Shown: in pieces, positions 53,701 to 63,248 of the stretch
Position numbering within the stretch: position 1 is the stretch's first letter
Layout of the letters: every line of letters starts with the position of its first letter
Virus record (IMG/VR): IMGVR_UViG_3300032270_000543
Location: 1 to 64,000 of that record
Direction: 5' to 3' (one strand)
Length of the DNA: 64,000 nt
Origin: a virus
Lineage: Duplodnaviria > Caudoviricetes
The notes under the pieces: model-generated
The model's database searches: none
What the model was told of the DNA's origin: nothing
Seen by the model: only the letters and a program-made list of their open reading frames with translations
Position numbers and translations under genes: made by a program

Positions 53701-55694
53701 CTGATGGTTACGCTGCTAACGGAGAACACATCGACGCGAGACAGTTCAAAAATGCTTCGTCCGTTTTCAGAAATCTTGTCGCTGACAAGGATGTTTTCTT
53801 CTGGAGCAATAACCAATTGCTTCCATCTGTAGTAACCAGTGCTGTCCTGAAGATTGCTTTGATCGTAGACAATTGGCATTGTCACGCGGATTCCGCCTTC
53901 GGTGAATCCCGCAAGACGATTGTCTGCATTGTTTGTTATATTGAGTGTTACACTGCTACCATCTGTCGTTCCTTGAGCGGTGACAAATGCAGAATCAAGT
54001 TGCAGAGCAAGTCCATCGGAGTTGACTAGTTGAATTTCGGATATCACAGAAGAGATATCGCGGTTCAGAGGAAAGCGATATACCGTTCCTGTTTCAGCCT
54101 TCAGAGTTTCAGAAAACTCATTGATGGTAAGCGTAATTGTCATTACGCTATTGCCGTAAGTGAAGAAATCTGTCAGGTCATCGCTTGTTGCCTTGCCTGT
54201 AAACTTCAAGTTCTTGATAGCGTTAACGGCATACGATGGCTTGAGTTCAAACACCAAACTCTGATTTGCCGTAGACACTCCAGCAGAGGTCACGGTTGCC
54301 TTTCCAAGTATGGTTCCATCACCAACAGATTTAATGGTTCCGATGTTGCCTACCGCAACCGCTCCCGAAACTCCATACAGGTACAGATTGTACTGATATC
54401 CACTGGTTGAACCAGACGGTATTGCTCCGTGAACAAAACCAGTAGCAGTCCGAGTTCCTGCGTTATTGATGAATTCGATTGCAGCAGCACCACCGTTTAC
54501 CGTAGTGATTCCGCTGCCGAATGTAGTTCCGTAATCAGTGGCATTTCCGATTGTGACTCCATAGATGTTTCCAACGGAAAAATCCAAGAAAATGTTGTTC
54601 TCGTCTACCGTGGTTCGTGCCTTGTCCACGGAAAGTGTCTGTGGATACGCAGACTCAAGTTCATGCCCAAGCACATAGGCTTTGCCTGTTCCAAGCACGA
54701 TGTTGAACATTGTTTCATCGGACGCGCTCTTGATACTTACATCGAAAGGTCGAACCGTATAAGAACCCGATTCATCATATGTACGGCGAGCAAGAGTGTT
54801 TTCAATCTCTCCATAGGTGATCCGTTCGACCTTCTTGGTGATCGTGCCGTCTTCAAAACGGATAAGTTCAAGAAAATCAGTGGGAGTTTCGGTTAGATCA
54901 GCCTGTGCGAGTGTGAGTTCAATCTTGTAGCGGTCAGCACCAGGCGCATTGTAGTTGTACGAACCAATTGCAGTATCACGGAGAGTATTGTCTTCTTGAT
55001 CGGTAACATAGTTGCGATACAGAGAGAAGCCAACCTTTTTATTCAACTCGGCAAAATCCGTACCAAACTGAAAGTCGCGGTACTTTCCTGTGGTGTTGCT
55101 GTAGTACGGAGAGAAAGTCTGATCGCTTGTTGTAACGAAAAAACCATCAACATAGAACACACCACCGCCAACGGTGATAAGTTTGCACTTTCCGCTGTTC
55201 CACGAGTTTCCGTTTTCAGTACCAAACACGCCACCTACTAGCAGAGTTCCGTCTGCAAGAGTAATCGTAAATTGGTTGTCTGCAAAAGCAGTTCCTGAAG
55301 TATAATCCACAACCAGCACAAGTTTGTTGTCTGTTGCAGAATCTGGATTCACATAATGAACAACTTTCGCGCTGATAGCCGAATCAGAGGTCTTTAGGAT
55401 CGCGCCCATCAGCGCAGAATAATCGTAAATACCGTAAGCATTCAGTGCATCCACAGACATCATAATGAACGAGGTGGTGCGAATGGAGATGTTTCCACCG
55501 ACAACCCGCGATCCGTCCTTGAACAGATTGTCACCAATCTTTGAAATTTGATTCTGAAGAATCGTCTGTGCCTGTGTCAATTCACGGGCTTGCAAAGCGT
55601 AGCCAGGCTTGAACAACACCCGCAGAAACGCTTTCTGTGCGTCAAAATCGTCATAGTACGGGCTGATGTTGAAAATGCTAGGATCGTATGCCAT
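50778..55694 (-). CDS. large baseplate/structural protein (VrlC/DUF4815-like)
   Basis: FNISPYYDDF...VLFKPG..LQARELTQ.Q.ILQNQ, APGADR.KI, LARRTYDESGSY, YLPRIDK, FTM.DIG....R and DPLAQTF motifs. Confidence 0.88.
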   Translation of the reverse strand: MAYDPSIFNISPYYDDFDAQKAFLRVLFKPGYALQARELTQAQTILQNQISKIGDNLFKDGSRVVGGNISIRTTSFIMMSVDALNAYGIYDYSALMGAILKTSDSAISAKVVHYVNPDSATDNKLVLVVDYTSGTAFADNQFTITLADGTLLVGGVFGTENGNSWNSGKCKLITVGGGVFYVDGFFVTTSDQTFSPYYSNTTGKYRDFQFGTDFAELNKKVGFSLYRNYVTDQEDNTLRDTAIGSYNYNAPGADRYKIELTLAQADLTETPTDFLELIRFEDGTITKKVERITYGEIENTLARRTYDESGSYTVRPFDVSIKSASDETMFNIVLGTGKAYVLGHELESAYPQTLSVDKARTTVDENNIFLDFSVGNIYGVTIGNATDYGTTFGSGITTVNGGAAAIEFINNAGTRTATGFVHGAIPSGSTSGYQYNLYLYGVSGAVAVGNIGTIKSVGDGTILGKATVTSAGVSTANQSLVFELKPSYAVNAIKNLKFTGKATSDDLTDFFTYGNSVMTITLTINEFSETLKAETGTVYRFPLNRDISSVISEIQLVNSDGLALQLDSAFVTAQGTTDGSSVTLNITNNADNRLAGFTEGGIRVTMPIVYDQSNLQDSTGYYRWKQLVIAPEENILVSDKISENGRSIFELSRVDVFSVSSVTIRNAVTAETSDVTDYFEYDDGQREAYYTYGRLVVKPSYVAEVASWDAEDTLTVSYSYFEHRGLASAPFVGKLSYPDISYGAIPLFTNTRTGNTVSLANCLDFRHVHPDSSFVMKPYGTSEFSIGEFTATEVSYDHYLPRIDKVCLRNNPTDNSAQFFVVSGTPDLSPSTPADVEDALTICTLSVPAYTHSPSNVSVTQVDTQRFTMADIGKIQKRVDDIEVFTKLSLSEAEIEARSLKTSSAATEPLKTSVYSDEFFGHSVADVSSGENICSVDYEWGELRPFFTEYKPTLTITELSGTTLSADGIITLNYSGVTYIENKQYTKTVKVNPSNTLNWLGFMQLSTSVSPFFDLEYRPVVKTNSLSENDNWLSSNANNARGFGTQWNDWESLWTGIPQTPEEQDEINKRTFEVPHSNNSSVIPNINSGSVHVGSSRSVDTLNQKTSNFIRQARMKNRIKTVVGSRVVDRSVVPYVPSSVIGVTAHGLKPNTGVSVYFDGDTVISGITTDFTGTVSGVTFSIPAGQFLAGEKVVRISDSASAENATTAAEVVYYCTGILNQRDSGCVSTRPPVLRRRTVGSEGIVKDPFNVDLAYDVLENSAWCDPLAQTFFVDRKANPEGIFLKSLTLFFATKDSSLPVTVQIRPTVNGYPSPSVVVPFSTVTKQASAVNADANSPSGTVFKFSSPVFLESGEYAICIIANSNLYSLYAVGSSINTTANGDAIAGRGGNNQRVGTLYFPQGIGPAVQDNNTDLMFTMERCVFIGNNNTVTFSTTNCSAKQIIKFAASEVSPVGCRITRRVENTAIANNENLYLRNMLENSPQLRYTLSNGASTAVSPILDTQTLYGVGIEMRLNDTTPSSYVSRVVTLDPDVVSNGLQVFLDANLPSTAQIAVYFRCSQTGESDIFTKPWTALDRKNASFTSTSELDFREAVYRFYDANKEFKSYQVKVDMWSENGSSATYYETPALKNVRTISFYL

Positions 55695-55704
55695 GTGTTC
55701 CTCT

Positions 55705-58107
55705 TCAGAAGCCTAGACGGAGCCTGAACTCTTCCTTTTGACCAGGAATTCTATTGATGGCTCGTATATTGTCTATGTATAACACCTCGCCCGAGTTCCT
55801 GTCGATCTCTGGTTTCACCGAATCGTATGCAATATACGCTCCGACCGTGGCTCCAACAGCAAAGTTGGTGCCCAAAGTTGCACCCGTGGAACCACGACGA
55901 TTGTCTTGAACTGTCTTGAATACCCCAAGGACATCCGTCAGCCACAAGTTTCCATAAGATGCGTTGACATAATCCCACTGGTATACGATTCCAGATGCGT
56001 AGTCAGAAGAGTAACTTCCACTGACTCCCTGCTGAATAAAGTCTCCATTCGAGAAAGAAGTCCGTGTCAGAGGAGATGCAGTGACATCAACCGCGCCAGT
56101 GATGCCACTGACACTAGTGGTAAGCATCAGTTTGTGCAGACCACAATAGGATGGGCTGTTGCTTTCGTCAAAATACGGCTCACTTACCTCAAGAACTTTG
56201 AACATCTTATTGTTCGTTCCTTCGGTGTACATGGTGACCGCACCATCTACTTCGTTTAGCACCCAAACATATTCACCATATTTTGGTTTGATGGCTATGA
56301 TGTCGGCTGTGGCTCCAGACTCAACGCCAGTCAAATAGTTGGATGTGCCTGTGACAAAACCCCCATCAAGATACCTGACTTCCATAGTATATCCACTTGA
56401 CGATAGCACCTGTCCCGTGGAAATAATGTCGTATGAAAAGGAAACTCCGCTTGGCAGTGTTGTACCAGCCAGAATTGTCTGCTTGACTGTTTCTCCAATA
56501 TGATACGGAAATCTAGGTGCAGACTCGAAAGACAAAACATAATCATTCGGACGATCCAGATAAGTAACGAACCCACCAGAATTATTAAGCACTTTCACCG
56601 TTACTCGGGTCTGATCTTCAAGAGTCGAGGGCTTATTGGAGGAAACAACCTTGCAAGTAGTGATGGTTTCGGTTCCAACAATCAGATTGGTGCCGCTAGT
56701 CTTGAATATCGTTCCCTGTATGAGTGATGGGCTGCTTCCCTCGTAACTCATAATGATGTCTCTGTAATACGGAGTATTTTTACCAGCAATTGAACCAGAG
56801 CCATCGCTCAACACAGGATTTTTGATTATTCCAAACTGACGATACGATCCACCCGTAATGAATTTCTCTGAGTCGTACTCAGACAGATTGATGATGAGCA
56901 GAATATCCTTTGCATTCAGTTCTCGCAGAATATTGCTGCCGTGTCCTCCTTTGGGAGACAACACAGTGGTCAGTGTAGGTGCTGTTGTACCAACCTTGAC
57001 AGGGGTTCCAACCGCTGCATCTGCTCGGGAATAGTTGTGCCCACCATCAAACAGATCGACTCCAATAATGCTGTCTCCCGTACTTCCTCCCATTATTGGG
57101 AAGGCATAAGCACCAGATCCATCACCGTATATTTTGATGTACGGAATGATCTCAACGGACGCAAAGGACTGATCTCCCTGACCAGGCGTGACACGGAATC
57201 CCTGAACATCATCGGTGAGATAGAATGTTGCGCGGGGCTGACCAAACGCAGTCTCGTATATTGCATTGGTGATGATTGCGTAGTTACCAATTTCGGCAGG
57301 ATCTTGGTTACTGTTATCGACACGCACCACATAACCAATATACTGAGAAATGCTGGTTGATTGAATCTTGCCAGCACCACCGAAAGCATTTGGGTCTGTG
57401 ACCGTAATCGAACGGATGCCGCCCCCAACATCAGAATTGAATTCAGCAACACGAATGGTTGGACCGCTTCCGCTATTCGTGATCGTGTACGGATACTGCC
57501 CGTTTGTCAAGGTAGTATCAATTCGAGTAATCGAACCGTTTACTGCCTCTAGTTGGGTTGTGTATTGATTTACAGTTTCGGTGTCCGTGCTTGTTGTGAC
57601 AAAATCAACAGGAATGTAGTCCGTCAGATCATAAGGAAGATCGGTTTCCTTTATCGTTCCGAGATACTTCCAAACATAACCTTCCCCCGTCTTGAACGGA
57701 GACACGATGGTTTGATTGGGCTTGTCGGTTGACTTGATGCCACCGTTGTTGGACAAGCACTTGTAGATGTTGTTGTCTTCTGTTACCACATAAAAGAGAA
57801 CGGGATTGCTTTCAGAAAACAGATCAATGGTATCATCGTACTGGCTATACACCGTTCCAGATGTCCAAGTATGACGGGGAAGCGCGAACAGTATGTTCTG
57901 CGGGTTCAATTTCTTATATGCAATAATGTTGTTCAGAACGGTGTATTCGCTCTTTACAGAATCGACATATGGATCTGGAGAGTTGGGATCAGTCCACTCC
58001 GTTGTCTTGGCGACAAAGAAGAAATACTGGTTGCTGTTACGCTCCAGTTCAGCCAAGAAGTTCTCGGCATACGACCGCTTGATTGATGCTTTTAGGTAAC
58101 TAGCCAT
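55705..58107 (-). CDS. 8: baseplate wedge protein gp8 (enlarged)
   Basis: W.SGT.Y..YD, FYVVT....IYKCL.NNGG, GYVWKYL, SP.GGHG...EL, RQFGIIKNP and SGEVLYIDN motifs. Confidence 0.88.
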   Translation of the reverse strand: MASYLKASIKRSYAENFLAELERNSNQYFFFVAKTTEWTDPNSPDPYVDSVKSEYTVLNNIIAYKKLNPQNILFALPRHTWTSGTVYSQYDDTIDLFSESNPVLFYVVTEDNNIYKCLSNNGGIKSTDKPNQTIVSPFKTGEGYVWKYLGTIKETDLPYDLTDYIPVDFVTTSTDTETVNQYTTQLEAVNGSITRIDTTLTNGQYPYTITNSGSGPTIRVAEFNSDVGGGIRSITVTDPNAFGGAGKIQSTSISQYIGYVVRVDNSNQDPAEIGNYAIITNAIYETAFGQPRATFYLTDDVQGFRVTPGQGDQSFASVEIIPYIKIYGDGSGAYAFPIMGGSTGDSIIGVDLFDGGHNYSRADAAVGTPVKVGTTAPTLTTVLSPKGGHGSNILRELNAKDILLIINLSEYDSEKFITGGSYRQFGIIKNPVLSDGSGSIAGKNTPYYRDIIMSYEGSSPSLIQGTIFKTSGTNLIVGTETITTCKVVSSNKPSTLEDQTRVTVKVLNNSGGFVTYLDRPNDYVLSFESAPRFPYHIGETVKQTILAGTTLPSGVSFSYDIISTGQVLSSSGYTMEVRYLDGGFVTGTSNYLTGVESGATADIIAIKPKYGEYVWVLNEVDGAVTMYTEGTNNKMFKVLEVSEPYFDESNSPSYCGLHKLMLTTSVSGITGAVDVTASPLTRTSFSNGDFIQQGVSGSYSSDYASGIVYQWDYVNASYGNLWLTDVLGVFKTVQDNRRGSTGATLGTNFAVGATVGAYIAYDSVKPEIDRNSGEVLYIDNIRAINRIPGQKEEFRLRLGF

Positions 58108-58119
58108 TTATGTCCTCTA

Positions 58120-61014
58120 TCATACGCTTGTGTATGTATCGCCTGTCAACACTGTTCCATTCGCAAGCACAGTTCCTTCAGACTTGTATATGAGTATCGG
58201 CATATTGAAGAAGTTGGTCAGTGTGATTCCCGAGAATGAAATTCCGCTTGGAATGGTTGTCAGATTTTTTGTATTTGGGTGGTGCTGTATTGCCCAATAT
58301 GTCACTCCGAACGGATATGTGCTTGGATGTGCCTGTTTGTATGAATCTGGTAGAGCGGCGTCTAGTTTGTATTTACGCGACAAGTAACCATATACATTCT
58401 TGCGCTCTTGATCGTTCAACTTACGATTGAACACAATCACTTCATAAAGAACTCCGCGGAATCCATAAGAAGGATTCGCTGTGACACCTCTAACCCACGA
58501 TGCTGTACCAAAAACATTGTCAGAAGACACACCACTCAGATGATATGCTCCAAATCTTCCAATATTGATGGCAGCATCACACAAAGGAATACGAGAATCC
58601 GAATACGGCTCGTCATTTGCAGAAACACGAATTCCCGTAGACCGCGATTGATTGATTGCGGGATCTCCATTTGCAAAAGCGTAAAGACCGTCTTTCTCTC
58701 TCGCTACTTCTCCGACCACCACGCCCGTACTTGCTCCAGACACATGAGGATCATAGGAAATGCTTACTCGGTTAAAAGTATAATCAATAGGAATGATTCC
58801 ACTGTAATCAACCGCTCCCCAAGGGCGCATTCCGATCATTCCCGTTCCAGTTGGATATCTCTTTGTGCCGTCACTCGCAATAGTGTAAAATTTGGATGTC
58901 TGCTGCGCGGGATTTGCGTCAACAGAGTTCCACGAACGAGAGAATATGATGTAGTCAGAAAAACTCTTGAAGTAACTGTCTGTGAACTTCTTGTTCGAAG
59001 ACACCAATCCAAGACCGTAATACGGTGAATCAACAACTGGTCGATAGACCATGATGACATCCATATCGGCAGTAAAGGTGATTCCATTTTTCAGATAGAA
59101 GTGGCGACCAACAAGAAGTTTTTCACCCGTAGAACCTGGAACAAAGGTTAGAGATGTGCCAAGAGTGTATCCCGAACGAAACTCGTATCCTGAAGTTCTG
59201 TAAACTCCTGCTTCATTCCATACAGTTTGTGGACCACAAATGACTCCACCGTCAAAAGATATTCCTGTGGCTCCAACAACTCCATTATCGTTTATGACCA
59301 AAGTTGGGCGCAGTTGATCCACAGTAACACCAGCATATGCCCCATTGGTTGTCCATCTATCCCATGTTGGAGGAACAGCATGATTTCCGCTAGGAGAAGC
59401 ATCTAGCCAAAAATCCATGCTTGCACCGTTGGCTACCGATCCGCACACACCAATATTTTCTGGCTTGAGCCACAATACAAGCCCACGCATACCCTGTGGA
59501 CTCAAACGACTTTCGTTTCCGCTGTACCACGAAGTGGTGCTACCCAGTGGGGCACCGATAGGATTGTGAGCAGTTCGTCCACCCTCGGGAACATAGCAAT
59601 ATGTGTATCCCAGTGATGTTCCAACGAACAGAGTTCCTAGAGATGTGGTCTTTCCACTTGGTCCTGCTTGGAGAGTGCTGCCGATAAACGGATTGTAGCC
59701 TAGCGGATACAGATCGCCTGTTGCTCCCAACCAATATCCGCTAGAGGTGACTCCGTTTGCACGCAGATCAAGAGTTGTTCCAAATTTATACGGCGTGTAC
59801 TTACCAACAATCGGCGTTTCTTTCTCCGTCATTTGCGACGAAGACACTGGTGTGTTTTGAAGTCCGCGTTTGACTAGAATGCTTCCAAACATACGCATAC
59901 CAGCAGGGTGAGCAATGGTTTTCAGAACCGAAAAGTATCGGTCAAAAGAAACCTCGCTCTTCAACTCATACGAAAAATCCTGATAGTAGTTTCCGTCTTG
60001 GATGTGCTTGTTAGACGAAACCTTGCCATGATTTCCTTGAAAGTATCCAGGATAGTTTGTAATGGCAGTCTTCACGCCAATGATCTTCGCGGTCTGTTTT
60101 CCGTTTGCAGAAATGATTGTGAGTACAAGACTGTCGGCAAAATACCGCAAGCCTGAGTTGATGATCGACACTTTTTTGATAGAGCCACCATATCCAGTCT
60201 GTTCTATCTTTGCTTTGAAGCCTGCTCCTGTTGTGTCAATCACAGTTGCGTACTCTCCAACTGAATATCCGTTGCCTGGCAATTCAATAAAGAGTTCACC
60301 AAGCACAGAATACGCATATTCGGTGTAGTCGCCTTCTGCTGTTTGTATAGTAACATTCTGCTCAGGCAAAAACTCACCGCTGATGTTCGTCAAAAAGAAT
60401 TCGGTGACAGGCAATCCATTTGCTGTATACTGAACCACGGAATCTACGAATGCAGAAGCCCGCGTTTCGGAGCCAGCATTCTGAACAATCTGTCCGCCCT
60501 TTGCTACAAACAGGTTCATTCCGTTCAGGCTTGTGGTCTTGATGGATCGTGATTCTATCCAACGACCATCAGAAGCCTTGATGATGTCTTCTTTTGGATA
60601 GTAGAAGTTGACATCACTATCATACAGCACACGGAAAACGAACTCATATGCACCTTCGGTTCCTTTGTTTCCATAGAACTCGCGTATCTTCTTCAAGACA
60701 GTTTTTTCATTTGGTGTTTCGCCATCGGTGTTGGTGGCAAAGAAACTCGGAAAACCATCAAGATATGTGTGTCTAAAGTGAGAATAGAACTGATTCAAGT
60801 TCTCGTCCACATCGGTCACACTGTCCATGTGAGCCAAAACATAACCTGAGTTATCCTTCTGCTCTAGCCACTCATAATACGCTTTGATGAAAGCAATCAA
60901 CTTTCTGTATTCAGATCGCATGAACAGCGGAAACTGCTCTTCGATGAAAGGAGACAGTATACGCTCAAGAGCGTCCGTACTGTTGTTAGTGACAATCTCC
61001 TTTATGTCTGCCAT
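58120..61014 (-). CDS. baseplate wedge gp7-like protein with a C-terminal LamG-like domain
   Basis: FP.F.......F.KAYYEWLE, IREFY..KGT, IQD..YYQDFSY and HPAGM.MFG; C-terminal LVLWL...W.D.S..GNHA...F.G.LYEVIVFNRKL...ER..V.GYL..KY. Confidence 0.8.
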   Translation of the reverse strand: MADIKEIVTNNSTDALERILSPFIEEQFPLFMRSEYRKLIAFIKAYYEWLEQKDNSGYVLAHMDSVTDVDENLNQFYSHFRHTYLDGFPSFFATNTDGETPNEKTVLKKIREFYGNKGTEGAYEFVFRVLYDSDVNFYYPKEDIIKASDGRWIESRSIKTTSLNGMNLFVAKGGQIVQNAGSETRASAFVDSVVQYTANGLPVTEFFLTNISGEFLPEQNVTIQTAEGDYTEYAYSVLGELFIELPGNGYSVGEYATVIDTTGAGFKAKIEQTGYGGSIKKVSIINSGLRYFADSLVLTIISANGKQTAKIIGVKTAITNYPGYFQGNHGKVSSNKHIQDGNYYQDFSYELKSEVSFDRYFSVLKTIAHPAGMRMFGSILVKRGLQNTPVSSSQMTEKETPIVGKYTPYKFGTTLDLRANGVTSSGYWLGATGDLYPLGYNPFIGSTLQAGPSGKTTSLGTLFVGTSLGYTYCYVPEGGRTAHNPIGAPLGSTTSWYSGNESRLSPQGMRGLVLWLKPENIGVCGSVANGASMDFWLDASPSGNHAVPPTWDRWTTNGAYAGVTVDQLRPTLVINDNGVVGATGISFDGGVICGPQTVWNEAGVYRTSGYEFRSGYTLGTSLTFVPGSTGEKLLVGRHFYLKNGITFTADMDVIMVYRPVVDSPYYGLGLVSSNKKFTDSYFKSFSDYIIFSRSWNSVDANPAQQTSKFYTIASDGTKRYPTGTGMIGMRPWGAVDYSGIIPIDYTFNRVSISYDPHVSGASTGVVVGEVAREKDGLYAFANGDPAINQSRSTGIRVSANDEPYSDSRIPLCDAAINIGRFGAYHLSGVSSDNVFGTASWVRGVTANPSYGFRGVLYEVIVFNRKLNDQERKNVYGYLSRKYKLDAALPDSYKQAHPSTYPFGVTYWAIQHHPNTKNLTTIPSGISFSGITLTNFFNMPILIYKSEGTVLANGTVLTGDTYTSV

Positions 61015-61015
61015 G

Positions 61016-62839
61016 TTATGCCTTCAGATTTTCCTTGCGGGTAGACTGCCGAACAACAGACACCTTCACAGAATCCGTATAGCCCCTGTTGACACGAACC
61101 ATCTTATTTTCAAAAACAAACAAGTCTGTGTTCTTTGGCTGAACAGTCAAAGTCAGAAGAGTCACACCAGTGGGAGAGAAAGCAGTATTAAACCGCACGA
61201 TTCCCTTCGTGTAATCTACGGTTCCGATCTTTGAATAGATCACGATCTGCTTTCCCGTGGAATCATAGTTGACCAAATTCAGAACACCGTAGCCGTCATC
61301 AGAAACCACGACATCAACGGGATCTCCACCTACTTTGGGAGTGTGCTGAAATGAACTGCTCTTTACCACGGGAGAATGACCATCGTGAGGATGGAACAGA
61401 GGATTCATAAAGTCAACCACGAATCCATTGGATGCAGTGACCGTGCTGATATTAAGCGTCTTACGCATATTCACTGTGGTCTGATTGCTTAGAATGGATG
61501 GATTCAATCCGTTGATTCCCTGAATGATTTGCGACAGATAGAAGTTTGATCCAAACGATTCAAGGCTACTGCTTGAATATGTGAGGATGTACGCAACCAC
61601 CAATGCCTTGAGTGTTCCCTCACCAAACGAGAGTAGTGCTGGATCATATGTGACAATCGTATCGAACACCAAGTCGATGTAATCTGGATCTACTATTTCA
61701 GGAACAATAGCCATTACCGCTGCATTCTTACGCAAAGTACGAACTAGAGTGGATTTCTCCTCAGTAGTGAGAGCAGAACCAGATTTTGGCTTCAGAGCAA
61801 TGAACACCTTACCGTATTGCGGTGGAGTTACTGTCTCGCCACCATATACGAAAATAGAAGAAGTATTGGGGTATTCCTTGCGGACGATTGCAGTATAGTC
61901 ATTCTCCGTTACTGCCCGCCCCTGAGTAGCGTAATACTTTGGAGCAAGGAACTTGATCTCTTCGATACTTTCTTCCTGTGTTCCACCACTCGAAACATCT
62001 GCACTTTGAATAGTGATGCTGGCTATATCTGTGCTGAAATCAGAGATGCCATTAGCAGCATCACCGTTTGTTTCCAGATATTCAATCACTATGACATTTC
62101 CTACTTCAGGCTTCTGCCCAAGGAAGTTGTCACCGAAGTACAGTTCATACATTCCCTGTTCGCGCTCTTGCAGGAAGAACACCTTTGAGGTTGGAGTCAA
62201 GTCGATGTATGAAGTCGCTAGTGTCCATGTATCAGCAAATCCATCAACATCAGTAGGAGAGTTCTGAACACGAACACGAATGGTCGAAGTGTCGATCTTA
62301 TCGTTGGGCATCAGCAGATACGATGCCTGCTTTACATTTGGGTTATAAATGTAACTGATGCGGCGCAGAGTGCCTTCATATGCCTTTACATTTTCAAACA
62401 CGCGAGTCTGCGAATTGGCATAGACTGTATCAAGCAGAACAAACCGATACTCAATTCCTGCGGGATCTATTCCACGGAAAACCGATCCGCGAGACAGATA
62501 GGTGTTCTCTGTGACATTCTCGGAATCAGCAATCTTCAAGTTCATAACACTGTACGCAGCACGCTTTGAAGCAGGAACATATCCCAGTGCTTTTGCGTGC
62601 GACACCACAGATGGACGCAGGATTGCGCTGTCAAGGAACATCTCATTGGCTACCATATTGGCATAGAACGCCTGATAGTGGGTGTTGTACGCCAGCACAT
62701 CCAAGATAGTGCTGAGAACCGACCCATCAAAATTGTAGTCCTTGAGGGTTTCCTGTGTGGACAGGTATGCCTTCAGAGAATCTTTTGTCTCATCGAAATC
62801 AAGTCCGATGATGTTGAAACTGTTGTTGGTGACTCCCAT
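61016..62839 (-). CDS. 6: baseplate wedge protein gp6
   Basis: LDFD..K.SLK.YL, DY.FDGS.LS.ILDVLAYNTHY..FYANM..NE.FLDSA, Q.RAVT..DY and PPQYGKVFI motifs. Confidence 0.96.
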   Translation of the reverse strand: MGVTNNSFNIIGLDFDETKDSLKAYLSTQETLKDYNFDGSVLSTILDVLAYNTHYQAFYANMVANEMFLDSAILRPSVVSHAKALGYVPASKRAAYSVMNLKIADSENVTENTYLSRGSVFRGIDPAGIEYRFVLLDTVYANSQTRVFENVKAYEGTLRRISYIYNPNVKQASYLLMPNDKIDTSTIRVRVQNSPTDVDGFADTWTLATSYIDLTPTSKVFFLQEREQGMYELYFGDNFLGQKPEVGNVIVIEYLETNGDAANGISDFSTDIASITIQSADVSSGGTQEESIEEIKFLAPKYYATQGRAVTENDYTAIVRKEYPNTSSIFVYGGETVTPPQYGKVFIALKPKSGSALTTEEKSTLVRTLRKNAAVMAIVPEIVDPDYIDLVFDTIVTYDPALLSFGEGTLKALVVAYILTYSSSSLESFGSNFYLSQIIQGINGLNPSILSNQTTVNMRKTLNISTVTASNGFVVDFMNPLFHPHDGHSPVVKSSSFQHTPKVGGDPVDVVVSDDGYGVLNLVNYDSTGKQIVIYSKIGTVDYTKGIVRFNTAFSPTGVTLLTLTVQPKNTDLFVFENKMVRVNRGYTDSVKVSVVRQSTRKENLKA

Positions 62840-62840
62840 G

Positions 62841-63248
62841 TTACCTTATCCTCTGAAGAACTAGATTGATTCGATCTGCTCTGCCTATTCCGTTTATGGA
62901 ATATTCTACGGTGACATTGTATGTGTTTTCGTCCGCAAGCGACACTATGTCAACCAACACATCAGCGATACGAGGCTCATTGTCCAACAGCGTCTTTAAA
63001 ACTCGGTCGCGCATCTCCATAGCGGTGATGGCATCAATAGGTTCAAACAGCAGCGGACGCAGAGAGCCGCCAATGTTTGGCTGAAACAGGCGTTCACCAA
63101 ATGCGGTGGATAGCAGATTGTGTACCGAAGCCCGTATTGCCTTCTCGTCCTTTAAAAGCAACAGATCACTGGTCTTCGGACTCCGAATGAAATTCGGGTC
63201 GATATCAGTAAAGACAGGCTGATTATTGCCGCTGATCTGTGTCGCCAT
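62841..63248 (-). CDS. 25: baseplate wedge / sheath initiator gp25
   Basis: F.DID..F, AIR.SV.NL..T..GER.FQP..G..L..LLFE and EPR motifs. Confidence 0.93.
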   Translation of the reverse strand: MATQISGNNQPVFTDIDPNFIRSPKTSDLLLLKDEKAIRASVHNLLSTAFGERLFQPNIGGSLRPLLFEPIDAITAMEMRDRVLKTLLDNEPRIADVLVDIVSLADENTYNVTVEYSINGIGRADRINLVLQRIR

